A stretch of 63,285 bases of DNA, counting the filler, from Bipalium vagum (taxonomy: Eukaryota): assembly GCA_037834085.1 (NCBI GenBank). It is 3 parts of 3 records of this genome, joined end to end, with 100 filler letters (N's around TTAATTAATTAA, not from the genome) between each part and the next. Parts side by side here need not be neighbours in the genome. Positions count along the whole stretch, not along the records: positions 29,888 to 45,694 come from JBBMKC010144926.1; positions 45,795 to 63,285 come from JBBMKC010063278.1; 1 more part is not named here. One strand, 5' to 3'. Of the stretch, positions 39,111 through 52,080 are shown in pieces. Within the stretch, counting starts at the first letter, position 1. Each line of letters opens with the position of its first letter. The notes under the pieces are model-generated. The model did not search any database, was not told where the DNA came from, and saw only the letters and a program-made list of their open reading frames with translations. The position numbers and the translations under genes were made by a program.

Positions 39111-39759
39111 GTCTACATGATTCTCATTTTGGTCCAATCATTATTCCTGATTGAATTATGGATTTTATTGATTCTTCGTATATCTTAGAAAGAAAATTGG
39201 TATATATATATATATTATTAGCTTACAATTTTTTATCTCACTTCACACCTTTTCTACTAAGATTCATGGTTTCAATAAAATATTAATGTTTACATGTATT
39301 TTTAAACATTTTAAAAACTTAATAACGTTTTGTTCTATAAAAGTTATTGAGTTAAAATTTTATTGGTTTATAGATTTAAAGATTCTCTAAATGAATAAAA
39401 ATAAATTTCATAAATATTTTATTTTCTGTACATGAAAAACATTCGAATTTTACATGTAGCTTAATTAAAAAGAAACTAAAAAAATTATGGAAGAAATATA
39501 ACTAATTACAAAGATATAACGGGAAAATCATATTAAATTCAAAACATTTCAATTCAAATATTTGGTATATTTTTTTAAATATTTATTTATTAATCTAATA
39601 ATATTTCGAATTTGAAATATTATTATTATTATAATATTATTATTAAATATTATAATATAATAAATATTATAATATAATTATAATATTATTATTAAATATT
39701 ATTATTATTATTATTTATTTGAAATATCAAAATAGATACTTTTCCGATGAAATCTTATT

Positions 39760-40391
39760 AAAGTAATTTGCTTGTGACTCAAAGCGGAATGAGCCGTTTC
39801 ATTTTCATTGGAGACATTTTTTGATTAATTTTAGGAGCATAAGAAAAGGAGAAAACGTTAGTAGATACAAAAGTAAACTTTATTTGATTTGCCTTATTGC
39901 TGTAAATGTACCGTCTAATAGAATTGGAGTCAGTTTAAATTCGAGATATTTAATATTGAACAGTAAAAACAATGTTTTTTTCTTTGATACAAAAAGCGTT
40001 TCCTTCATTTGTATGAACTAACATTTTCCTTTTTTCATTTGACAGTTTCCAAACCTGATGAAAATTTTTGAAAACAATTTCCAGTAGTTCTTTCAGCAAC
40101 TACATTGTCTCTGAATGCTGAAAAAATCTTTTGACTCGCTTCAGTTGCATCTGAGCCATGTTTGTACTCATATAATAAACAATTTTGAATTGTCTTTGTC
40201 AGCAGATATTTCTGATAATTATAAACATTTAAAAAATAAGATTACATTTCAAAACAAACTTTTAAAATAAATAATTCATTTGATTTGATAAAACAAATAG
40301 AAAATGGATTAACAGTGTAATCCTTAAAATTTTTAATTTAAAGGAAATATGACTTTGAAAAAGGGAAAGAACTTTTTTGGTTATTTAGTAT
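39760..40391 (-). mobile_element. Mariner remnant
   Basis: IQNCLLYEYKHGSDATEASQK..DNVVAERTTGNCFQKF; TIR-like end at ~40370-40391. Confidence 0.75.
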
Positions 40392-40737
40392 TATAATCAA
40401 TTTTAATTTATAAAATAACATTGCAACTTATATTACCCATTTATTATAATTCCGATTATTTTTATTCCTAATAAATATTGAAGTATTTATCTACTGAATA
40501 AAATTTTATAATTTAATTATAATTTTATGATATTCCTTAATTGAAATTCAAATATTTTGTTTTAGCATTCAAATATATTAATTAAATACTCGTGTCCAAA
40601 CAATATATTTAACCTTAACAATTTTCAAAATTATACTTTTAAACTATATTTAATGTAATTTTTAAATATATATTATTAAAGTATTATTTAATATTATTAA
40701 ATTAATTTTTGTATATTTAATTTTAGAATCAAACTAA

Positions 40738-42567
40738 ATGAAAACTATGAAGAAAATTATGCTATTATATTTATTCAAAATGATAGAATTTATTTCAGCT
40801 AAAGATATTAAAGATTATAATGAAAATGAAAATGTCATTCTCTATGTTAATAAAGTAGGACCATATTACAATCCTCACGAAACCTATCACTACTATACAC
40901 TTCCAGTTTGTCGTCCACCAGAAGTAATATTTAAAAGTCTATCGTTGGGTGAAGTATTAGATGGAGACAGAATGGCCAAATCTATATATCAAATACGCTT
41001 CAGGGAAAATATTGAAAAGTTTAAACTTTGTCAGTTGAGCCTGAAACCGAAAGACATAACAAGATTAATCAGTGCTATTGAAGACTTATATTACTTTGAA
41101 TTTGTGATAGATAATATTCCAATTCGCGGATTTATTGGAAATTTAGAAGAGAGTAAGCTGTTACCACACACGCACAAGGCTCTGTTATACACGCATCATG
41201 ACATACAGATAGAATACAATAGAAACAATATTATTTACGCCAATGTGTTTACTACTCAACCTGATCCCATTAATTTGATCCCTCTTCAGCAGCAACAGAA
41301 ATCGATAAATGTTACTTTTACATATTCCGTTAGGTGGATACCGTCGACAACATTGGGAAAAGATCGAGCAATTAAACAAACCAAAACTGACTTCTTTCAC
41401 ATCACATTGGAGATTCACTGGATCAGCATAACTAATTCTTTAATTCTGGTGTTTTTACTGTTGACTTTCATCATGTTCATCATCAGTCGCGTGCTTCGTC
41501 GAGACTTTGCGCGGTACAATCGACAGAACGGCTCTGAATACGTAGCCGACGCTGGCGAGGACCAGGACGAACGGGGCTGGAAGATCGTGCACAACGATAT
41601 TTTTCGACCACCTCCAAACAGGCTGCTGTTTTGCAGCGTCATTGGAGTTGGGTGTCAGCTCTTAGTGATTGCCGTAGGAATCATCCTCATGACTTTGTTC
41701 AACGTTTTCAATGTCCACAATCACGGCGTGATAAATATCGCAGCTCTACTGCTTTATTCACTCACGTCTTGGGTATCGGGTTTCATCAGTTGTCGTTTGT
41801 ATGTCATGTTTGAAAACACAACCAGTCCCGCTCAACTGCATTCGTTATCGATCGGCTGGGTCCGAGTGGTCAATTCGACATCGGCTCTTTTTGGACTGCC
41901 TTTGTTGACTGTCTGGTCGACATGCAATACAATATCCGTCTTTTATGAAACGACTCACGCCATGCCGTTCTCCACTATTGTCATTTTGTTATTGATTTGG
42001 CTTCTTGTCGGATATCCGCTTACAATCGCTGGAGGGATGCTCGGTAAACGTACAGCGGCTCGAGTCGACACCAACGGCTGTCGTGCCCGCAAAATCGCCC
42101 GGGAAATTCCCATAGTTTCCTGGTACAAGTCAAAATACGTTTATTTGACGCTGGGTGGGTTTTTGCCGTTCAGTTCGATTTGCATTGAGCTCTACTACAT
42201 TTTTTCAACTATCTGGGGAAGGGATCATTACAATCTTTATGGAATTCTGTTCATAATTCTCATTATTCTTCTCCTGGTCACCGTTTGTGTTGCCATTAAC
42301 CTGACTTATTTCCAGCTGGTCAACGAGGACTACCGATGGTGGTGGAACTCCGTACAACTGGCACTAAGCACGGCTTGTTTTGTCTTTTTGTATTGCATAT
42401 TTCACTATTTCTATCGATCGAAAATGAGCGGGTTTGTTCAGACGATCGAATATTTCAGCTATAGCATTCTTATCTGTTACGCTTTCTTTCTCGGTTTCGG
42501 AGCCGTCTCGTTTATAGCATCGTTCTATTTTATTAAATTCATGTATCAGAATATTAAACTTGATTAA
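40738..42567 (+). CDS. TM9SF1: Transmembrane 9 superfamily member 1 (nonaspanin/EMP70), intronless CDS
   Basis: KVGPYYNPHETYHYYTLPVC, SLSLGEVLDGDRM, LEIHWISITNS, GWKIVHNDIFRPP, EDYRWWW, C-terminal NIKLD (KxD); signal peptide and nine TM segments. Confidence 0.95.
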   Translation: MKTMKKIMLLYLFKMIEFISAKDIKDYNENENVILYVNKVGPYYNPHETYHYYTLPVCRPPEVIFKSLSLGEVLDGDRMAKSIYQIRFRENIEKFKLCQLSLKPKDITRLISAIEDLYYFEFVIDNIPIRGFIGNLEESKLLPHTHKALLYTHHDIQIEYNRNNIIYANVFTTQPDPINLIPLQQQQKSINVTFTYSVRWIPSTTLGKDRAIKQTKTDFFHITLEIHWISITNSLILVFLLLTFIMFIISRVLRRDFARYNRQNGSEYVADAGEDQDERGWKIVHNDIFRPPPNRLLFCSVIGVGCQLLVIAVGIILMTLFNVFNVHNHGVINIAALLLYSLTSWVSGFISCRLYVMFENTTSPAQLHSLSIGWVRVVNSTSALFGLPLLTVWSTCNTISVFYETTHAMPFSTIVILLLIWLLVGYPLTIAGGMLGKRTAARVDTNGCRARKIAREIPIVSWYKSKYVYLTLGGFLPFSSICIELYYIFSTIWGRDHYNLYGILFIILIILLLVTVCVAINLTYFQLVNEDYRWWWNSVQLALSTACFVFLYCIFHYFYRSKMSGFVQTIEYFSYSILICYAFFLGFGAVSFIASFYFIKFMYQNIKLD

Positions 42568-45500
42568 CGGTGGTGAAGGTATTGATTTCCGTTTTCGAAA
42601 AAATAATATAAAAACCTTTATATTTATTTTTTAAAAATTCACTAATTGATATGTATTATAATTATAGAAAATCAATAATTTATTATTAATAGGTGATAAA
42701 AATTTTGCTGTGTTGATTTTGATTCACATTGTCAAATTCTAAATGCGCTTTACAATTTTTTTGTAAATATCGTTCTCTCAGCAGGCTCCTTAATTTCATA
42801 GGATATAAATGATAGGAAATCGTGATCCTTGGCTTTTTATGAACGAATTCACATTCGAGACCATTTATCCGCTCACTCGTTCAAAATTACACTTTGTTGT
42901 TAATAAATAAAGAGGTAATTATTGTTAATTTGTTTTAATTAAAAATCAATTTTGTAATATTTACGTCTGAAAATTTTTCCTGAGATTCTTTTTGCTGTTG
43001 AGCAAAATAAAACAGCTCGTGTGTAACAACTGAGAAATTAATTTAAGTCTTAAAATAATAAACAATTGATTTAGCTTGATAGTTCTTTATGATTGATTTT
43101 CTTGTTCATTGGAGCGTAACAAGCATTGATTGGAGAGAATTTTTAAGATATTATATGGTTATACTCTTTAATGGACTCACCTGGAAATGGTTAATATTCT
43201 TTGAGTGTAATTTATTTCTGAAAATTAAAAAATCAGTTTATACTGCAATTTTTTCTAGTCCTGAACGGCTGTTTCAATGGAGTAAATTTTTAAAATTTTA
43301 CTAATTTTTTAGCAATGTCAATTTAGGTTTTATGTACTGTTCTCGAAGAAATTTAATTTTTACATAGTTTCGGTAAATAATAGTTAACTTATTAATTGAC
43401 ATTTAAAATGACAATATTGATTTTTCTTTTCTTATATCTAATCTTCAACAAATCAGTGGTTTAGATTTAATAGTTTTTGATGAACAATAATGGTAAGTAA
43501 TCTTTTAAATTGTGTTATGATAACATTACTAGCAATTCATTAAATAGTTAAGAGTAAATTGCGCTTTATTTCAGAAAATGCAACCATTAATTACCGAATG
43601 ATGTCAGTTTTAAGATTTTATATTTTAAACATCTATTTTGAGTGATTAGCTTTGTTTTGGTATTTCCGGTTTTAAATTATCATTAACAGTAATTTGATTG
43701 TGATAAGCTTATTCTCATTTGGTTCTGATGAGTTAAGAAATCGTATCTTAGTCTTATTTTTCTTCAGTCTAAATTTTAGTTCGTATAGTGAGAGAATTAG
43801 TCTTCCTGTGTCTAAATATCATATTTAATTTATCGTATAAAATTTCATTTACGTCATTTCAGAGGCTAAATGACCTAATTTAAAGAGCTTTGACTGTGAA
43901 TTCTATATAATTGCTGATAATATTTGAAATCGAAATCAATAATAATAAAAATGCAATTAAAAAAAAGTAAAATTCTAAAGTCGAATTAGCAATATTAATA
44001 ATAAAAAATTAGAAATCAAACAAAAAACAAATGAATAATTTCACCGATATTGGAATAACCAGTGTCCCAGATCATCCACTCTGGTAACCGTAACGAGTAA
44101 TTCATGGTTAATCAAGTCCAAGGACTCAAGTAGCATTGACGATCAATGAATGATATGCCTTTTAAGCTAAAATTTCTATTTTTAAAATCTTTAAATAATA
44201 TTCAATTTCAAGAATATTGTTGGATTTACCCAAAACATCTACCAAGTAAGTAATACTGAGAAGGCACACAAAATGAGTATGAAATAATAATTAAAAGTTA
44301 ATTAACCATAAAAAACAATAAAATAAATAAGAAAGTGCAAAATATTTTTATTTTAGAATTATATAAATTACGAGAACAGTCATTAAAAATTAATTTTATT
44401 TTGAAAAGGGGTAATTTTAAAATAATAATAGTAATTAAAAAAGAAAGATAAAAGGAAAAGTGAGAAGTTTTAGGATTTTAGGGCTTTTGAAGATGTTTTT
44501 AGGATGTTAAGATTATTTCATGAATAATCTTCAAATCAAGATCAACAGAGATATCTCAATAGAAGTTCAACCTGAAAATTGTGCAAAACTTTACAAACTA
44601 AGCTTTTAGAAGGTTTTTGAAGATTTTGCAGAGTGTTTGTTATTAACGATTGCAAAAGTTTAATTACAAAAATTCTTCCAAGAATTTCATCAATTGTTTG
44701 ATGAAATTATTCCTGGGATTTTGTTTAAGTTTACCACCAGAGGGCTAACTCTAACCAACTGTAAGGACAGCTGTTATTTCGGGAAGCTTAAACGAAGCTA
44801 AACCATAAGTTTGTTTTTGTTAACGTTCTTTATTATTATTTAAGTTTTACTCTTGTTTTGATTTATTGCTTTTTCCTCATTAAATTTACGTATTTTTTTA
44901 ATTAATTGATTATTTTGATTTGATTTCAATTAACATGCTGTTTTGATTGATTCGATTGAATATTACCTAAGACATTTTAGATATTGTTGTGATACCTTTG
45001 TTGAGTTTGACAATTTTTGTATAATTGTTATCATCGAGATTTTGAAATAAGTTAGTGACATTATAAAAGTTAATAAAATCGATATTTTAGAGAGTTAGTA
45101 GCTTTAATAGGTTCAGATAATGAGTGTTTTTAGAGTGTCTGAGCAGTCTATAATTGGATAAAATACTCAGGACTATAGATCTTCGTTTTTGAATATGAAA
45201 TTTTAAAAAAAACAATTATTTTTCATCTTTAAAAAACAACATTAAAGTGGTAATTAATATTCAATGTTATGCAAAATCTTTATTTTCTTTTCTTAAAAAA
45301 TGTCTGACTCATATTATTGTGAAGTTTGTAATAAATTATTTCAAAATATAATAAGAAAAAACATTTAATTACAAATATAAATTTTAAAAAAGTACTAATA
45401 AAAATATTTATGAAAAAATAAAAGAAAAATATCCCGATTTTTAAAAAAAGAAAGTGATGAAATTCAATCATCAAATTCAAATAAAAAACTTAAATAAATT

Positions 45501-45694
45501 TACTGCAGGGAAATATCCAGGAAAATTACATCTAAAATCTCTAAACCCTTTTAATAAAACAATCTAAGAATAAATAGACCAGGAACAAATACAATGCCGT
45601 GCATATGTTTTGGGCCTCCTCTAAAATTTCGGTAAAATGATGAAAATATATAATTATAAGTACTTTAATCCTGTCTATATTTAAATATATGATA

Positions 45695-45794
45695 NNNNNN
45701 NNNNNNNNNNNNNNNNNNNNNNNNNNNNNNNNNNNNNNTTAATTAATTAANNNNNNNNNNNNNNNNNNNNNNNNNNNNNNNNNNNNNNNNNNNN
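45695..45794. other. Assembly gap with six-frame-stop linker
   Basis: 44 N + TTAATTAATTAA + 44 N. Confidence 0.97.
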
Positions 45795-46269
45795 ACACTC
45801 TGCATAAAGTACAATTTCATAATTTTGACTTTGGATATTGGGTGTACCTTATATAGAGGTTCTACTGTACATGAAAACAATAAGGTAGATTTTGTATTAA
45901 ATTATTAAATCCATTAAGTAAAATAAATCAATTTTAAAATCTCAGAAAAGAACAGAATTTTTGAAAAAATTAAATGGGTCTGCCCAAAACCAAAGGTTAA
46001 GACTTATGAGCCACCAGGAGAACAGACTATAACAAATGGGTGATTAATTCATAATAATTAATTAGGGGATTTTTTAATATTATTGATATTTTAAAAATCA
46101 AATAATTTAGGAGATGAGTTGTTTAAATTAATTATTATTATTATTATTTTAAAAAATATTATTTGATAAAAGATTGAAGGGAATAAATAAAAAAGTTTAA
46201 ACTGATTTAATGGATTATAAAAAGTCATTATATTGACAACTAATTTTAAAAACCAATTATGATGATTTA

Positions 46270-46395
46270 ATTTCATAATTGGTTTTTATAATTAGTTATT
46301 TATATGAATAAGACAAAATTGCATTAAGTCCATATGATGATAAACGTTTAATTGAATATAATTGTATCAATAAATTTCCTCATAAATATAAAATT
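46270..46395 (+). mobile_element. Polinton/adintovirus protein-primed DNA polymerase B, C-terminal fragment
   Basis: KIALSPYDDKRLIEYNCINKFPHKYKI from 46315 matches the pPolB terminal motif KxALSxxDDKR. Confidence 0.75.
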
Positions 46396-47377
46396 AAATT
46401 AAATAATTGAAATAAATTGATTTATAAATTAGAAGTTATAATTGGTATGTATACTTATTAGAAAAAATAAATATTATTAATTTAAAGTTTTAAAAATTTA
46501 AAAAGACTAATAAATAAATATAAAACTATTTAATGTTTTAATTTAAATTGTTTTTGATAACTATTTTTCAATTTTTTTCTAAATTTCAAAATAAATTATT
46601 AATAAAAATTGTACAAAGTTTATCTCTAATTTGTAATAGTAATAAAAAATAGTAAATAAAATTTTAATAGTAAATAAAATTTTAAAATGTCTTCTGAACC
46701 TAATCAAAATATGTTGAGCTTAATAATTTTTAATTAAGTTATATCCGAATTTATTAATTTCTAAATTAATCTCCTTACAAGATATTAAGGATTTTTAAAA
46801 AATTTAATTTTTTACTTCCACAGTAAGAATATTTAGATTATTAACATTTTTATTTATTTAACCGTCTTACGAAAGTTTCATTTGAAATTTGTATCTATAA
46901 ACAATAAAAATTTAATTTCAATTAACCTCAAACTTTGATGAAATAAACTTTTGAATCTCTAAAATTGAAGAATTTCAATGAATAATGACAAGGCATTTTA
47001 TTAAGAAATATTTTTAAAAAACAGAAAAATTTAATAAATATTTAAAATGGTTTAATCTATTCAAATTCGCTTGAATAATTCTAATTAAATTATTTAAAAT
47101 CAAAATGCCTCAAAACTAAAATGGAAACAAGAAGTTCGGATAAATCTGAACTTGATATATTGTCATTTATTTATAATAGTCCTTAAAAGTTATTTAACTT
47201 TTCAATTATTTTGATAATTATTATTATTATTTTCTCAGACATTAAATTTTTCTTTAGACTGTAAAATGTTCACTGGACTTAGTTATCATTTTTTCTTCAA
47301 ATTCATTTTCATAAAGTTTGGTAACATGGATATGGAACATAAAGAAGTTTTCAATTTTTGATATAAATTAATACTTG

Positions 47378-47700
47378 TACCGAAATTCCTGGCCCAACGT
47401 TTAAACGAGCGCTATTTTAAAATTGGGAAAGGTAACATAAAACAATGAATACATTGAAAAGAATATTTATTAAACTTCACATTACATGAGTCAAAAAAGA
47501 ATATCAGGACCGTAGTCACCAACGCGTTGGATTAATGATGTAAATGACATGAACAGGTTTTGCATCTAACGTTTGTTGATATTCGCTCCCATTCTTTAAT
47601 AAATTTATTCAAATCTCGTAGATTCTTCTTAGATTTATTGTATTCGGCCTTGCACAATGCCCAGAACTTCTCAGTTGGACGTCCTTGTGGAAAATTAAAT
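47378..47700 (-). mobile_element. Tc1/maT-like 3' remnant
   Basis: NFPQGRPTEKFWALCKAEY. Confidence 0.65.
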
Positions 47701-49719
47701 ATAATATTTTTTCATATTTAAATCACTTTCATGATAAAAATACTTTTTAAAAGTCACTGATTTTCATCTACTAATTGTTCGATTTGACAGTATGGTTTTC
47801 ATTATTTCAAAATAAATTGATTTTTCGTGCTTTAAAATTAATAATTTCCCCCTATGCTTCATTGAAGTGAATTATTTTTTAAGCATATTATTTCACATAT
47901 TTTAACTACCAATAATTTTTTATATTTAAATTCTCGTTTCATTTCAACAATATATTTTTTTGTTTAAATTTTTTAAATAGGTTTTTTAAATACTCCTTTT
48001 CTTAATCTGATTTTATCATTAAAATTTTTTTTAATAACTTTTGAGTTTTCTCGACATAACATTTATTTTATCTTAAATTTTTCTGTATTAGTTTACCCAA
48101 TAATTTTCGATTTAATATTTAATTCCAAAGAATGATATCTAAATTTTAAATGATTTACTAAACCAGTTTAATTTTTAAATATTTATCAAAATTTTCAGCT
48201 TACACTCGTTACTGAAAAATATCACAATATATACTAACAATTTTTTCATTATCGAAGTTCTACCAATTTCAGAAAATATTTCCATTTTCTACACTTAATT
48301 TTTATTGCATAAATAGTCACAATAAATGCTATTATTCCTTAAAATGTTACCCTTAGCATTATGCATGGTTTAGGATATTTTTATAGTAACACATCAGTAA
48401 AATTAAAACCCAAACACCTCACATATTAACTTCATTATATTTTACTGTAATAGGTAATTAATATTACAAACTATTAAAAGATAAAATAAATGAACTTAGT
48501 TATTTTCTGGAATGTTACGAAAAATAAATTACAAAAAATGTTGTAAAAATCTATTTTGTTTACTTATTTTTTGTATTTTCTACGCATTTTTATTCTTATT
48601 CAGGCACAACAAAAAATACACACATACATGAATCCACACACCTCAGACAAAAAATCAATAATGGAGAACAAGATATTATCACGTTTTTCGTCGCATACAT
48701 AGTCTGTGAGGAAGGACAGTTAAAAGAATCATAGCTTAGCATGTGATCTGTTATAGAATTTTTCTATAAAATTCTTATGTAATTATTTCTGTTACTATTA
48801 TAATTTTGGTGGTATTACACAGAAATTATAAAAATAAAATCTTTTCGAAAATCAATTTTTTATGTATAATTTAATTTCACTCTTCCTGTATTTATAAATA
48901 ATGCATAAACTTTATTTTCTGAATAAACAGATTTAAATAAATTAAAAATAAAGTAATTAAAATAGAACTGTATTTATTTAATGATGTTCATTTCTCGTGA
49001 CCACAAGTTAATAAATATTTTTCCAATTTCCTTCTCTTTTTCTACTTTGATGTTGAATTTTCTCAATATTCTGTGTTATATTTAGTTTTAATTATTAAGG
49101 TCAAATTTTTTCCATATAGATTTACCCTAAACCTGTCACACCCAGATGTTACTTGACCTTTTCAAATATAGGTTTACAGCTGTTCCGTAGCACATTTGCA
49201 CTGAGTTCACGAAAAAGAATATAGAAATAGTATCCAGTGACAGACATAGATAACATCAAATTTAAATGATATGGATAGAATCATTTCATGATCATCTTCA
49301 TAATAGAATCAACCTATCTATAATCACGATCTTCATACTTCATCTATCAAAGCAACTCAAAATATTAATTCATAGTTTTTATGGTAGTTTTTAAATCCAT
49401 TTTTTTTATTTATTTATTTTTTATTTCATTTTAAAAATACTTAATGTTGTTACAACAAAATTTGAGACACAAAAATTCTCTTTCATATTAAGTTACAATA
49501 ATTTATACTATATATTATTATAATAACTAATCTGCACAATTTGTGACCCTTGTTTATATATGTAAATGTGATTTTTATTTATAACTTGGTCCAACGAATT
49601 TTTCACCCATGAACAAACAGAAAAAGTCCAATAATAAAATTTATTATCAGTTGATACATAATATTGCGCATATATAAACACCGATACAAAATTACTACAT
49701 AAAAATGTCATCAATATTT

Positions 49720-50480
49720 TGTGTATGAGTCCTTTTAATTAACGCATTAATACGGAACGCCATGCTTTATATAAATTTTTATCTATAGGCATATTGATCA
49801 TCAAAGTATTCCACAAAATTTTAACGTTACCTAATAGTTGTTGAGAATTTTAAAAATTCCGGAAGGAATTGCATTCTGTTTCTAATTTTCCCGATCCTTT
49901 TTCGATGGGATTTATGTATAGGGAGGCCTTTCCATAACATTTATACCATTAACATCAAGCCATTTGCGGCTATGGATCGATTTACGGATGGGAGCATTAT
50001 CTTGCTGAACTCCATTATTATCATACAGAAAGTCAAGAAAGTGTTCATTCAGCATTTCTATATATCGTTAAGAATTAATATGATCTTGTAGGTGTACTAA
50101 GTCACTAAAGGATTTGAATGAAAAATATCATTAGACATGACATTTCCTGTACTTCGATTATGTATTTCAAGTAATCTTTTTATCTCTCTCCTCTTCTTCA
50201 AAGCACAGTTTTCATAGTGTGAAAATTTGAAACATGGACTCATCGCTCAATTAAACAGCAAACCAATAGTATCGACATTCTTCTTTGCTCACGACAAGAG
50301 TTTTATTTTATCAGCAATTGTAAGCTTTCGTTTCTAAGCTGGAACATAATAATGGACACCAATGTGATGAAGCCGTCTGTTGGTTATTTGGCCACTTATT
50401 CTTTGGATGTCATTCAGGTCATTTGAAATTCTGCGATCTATTCTCTAAACATCTTCGACAATAAGACGATCAAAACTTGC
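49720..50480 (-). mobile_element. Tc1/Tc3-like transposase remnant
   Basis: VQQDNAPIRKSIHSRKWLDVNGINVMERPP. Confidence 0.75.
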
Positions 50481-51519
50481 AGTTATTTTTTAACAACAAA
50501 GAAAGCTATTAAAATAAGAAATTGAGTCTTTCAAAATTATGAAAAGTTCAGGGTTTCATATTCTAAAGAATCATCATTCATTTGCAATTCATATTTGAAG
50601 AAGATATTTCCCATTCTTTCCAATATCAGTGATTCCCTGTACCCATACAATTTTATTTCTTTGGAAATTGATTAATTTAAAAATATTTTTTAAGAAATCA
50701 ATAATATTAATTTATAAATATAATTTCCCTAACCTTTAAATCAATACTAAACACTTATTTTATCAACTCTCTTAAATAAAGTTTTTAAAAATATGAACAA
50801 CAGAGACTTATCATGAACAGTGAATGCCACTTGAGAATTTTCAAAGCAAATATTCTAATTATCACAATTTAAACTTGAAGAAATGTGATACGTTCAGTTG
50901 AACTATTTTTGTCATTGTCAACAACCAAATACCTTGATAACACGAGTTGCAAACTTTGCCTGTGTAACTCCAAGAAGTTTTATTTATATAACCTATTTCA
51001 AAGTTTGATAAAATATTAGATTTGTTATCCTACATGAAGTTTAAGAAATTTTTTCTTGATTTTATAGACTATTGAAAAGTGTTGACAGACCTCAGTGCCC
51101 ACTACTTTAGTAATATAAGAAATCAAAAACAAAGATTCTTTTCATAACAAAAAATAAAGTTTATTATTAAATATAGTCTTCTGTGTAATTTTAACTTTAT
51201 CTTCATTGGTAAAATTTTATCCTTAGAGAGATAAAACCAAGAGATATTAATCGTTTAGTATAATATTCTAAGGAAAACTGATGAAATACATAGTATAGTA
51301 TTGGCTGTAGAAAAATTTTGATGTTAAAATTTAAATTTTTCAAAAAATTTCGTTTTGAGCTTTATCTGGCTTCAATAGAAATAATTTATTGATTTACATT
51401 TGATAGTCAACAAAAGTATGGTTTTCCTATTCATTATATATGTAAGTTTTTAAAGATTTATTTATAAACAATTTACATTTCAATTACAAACAATTATAAT
51501 CTTCCAAGAAGACTATAAC

Positions 51520-52080
51520 ACCTAATACGGGTAAATATTACAGATAATCAATTTAACAATAAAATTTTTATATTATTGCTTCATCGCAGTTCTCTAGTGG
51601 AAGGTTGTCGTCATCATCATCAACTTTGTTGTGTAATTGTACGTTATCAACTATTTTCTTGGAATTCGCAGCAACCATGCTTGAAATTGATCTATCTTGA
51701 TGAGTGGTCCAATTTGTGATGCTCCATTTTATATTTGAAGAGACTCAGAATGAGACAATAGAATTGATGATTTTTTTCTGAATTAGAGTTTTGATAGAAT
51801 TGTGTTGTTCCTTTTTAATCACGAACCTAAGGAGCCAATAGCAAAGGTGTCAAACTTAATGGTCCACTCTGGGTTTGGTCCAATAAATCGTGGTAGTGAG
51901 TCAGATTTCTATACGTTGTTTTAAGTGTCAAATGAACACTTCACATCGACCAGAAATCGTTTCTTGGACTTGTGAATTCTATTCGCAGATAACACACAAT
52001 GTAGATTGAATATACTGGCTCCCAACATTGACATATACTTTTGCCTTTGTGTAGAATAAATGTTGAAAAATATTTCTAAA
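51520..52080 (-). mobile_element. 3' end of a second RLE-type non-LTR family
   Basis: KKRFLVDVKCSFD..FDTFAIGSLGS*LKRNN..SSNIKWSITNWTTH. Confidence 0.75.

Noticed and set aside
41185-41813. ORFs 41185-41418, 41415-41642 and 41631-41813
   Set aside because: Shadow frames overlapping TM9SF1.
43726-43755. CTGATGAGTTAAGAAA hammerhead-like core
   Set aside because: No helix II closing pair and no helix I or III.
44734-44745. CCACCAGAGGGC, CTCF-like motif
   Set aside because: A single 12-mer in a probable repeat; CTCF is reported absent from flatworms, the inferred host group.
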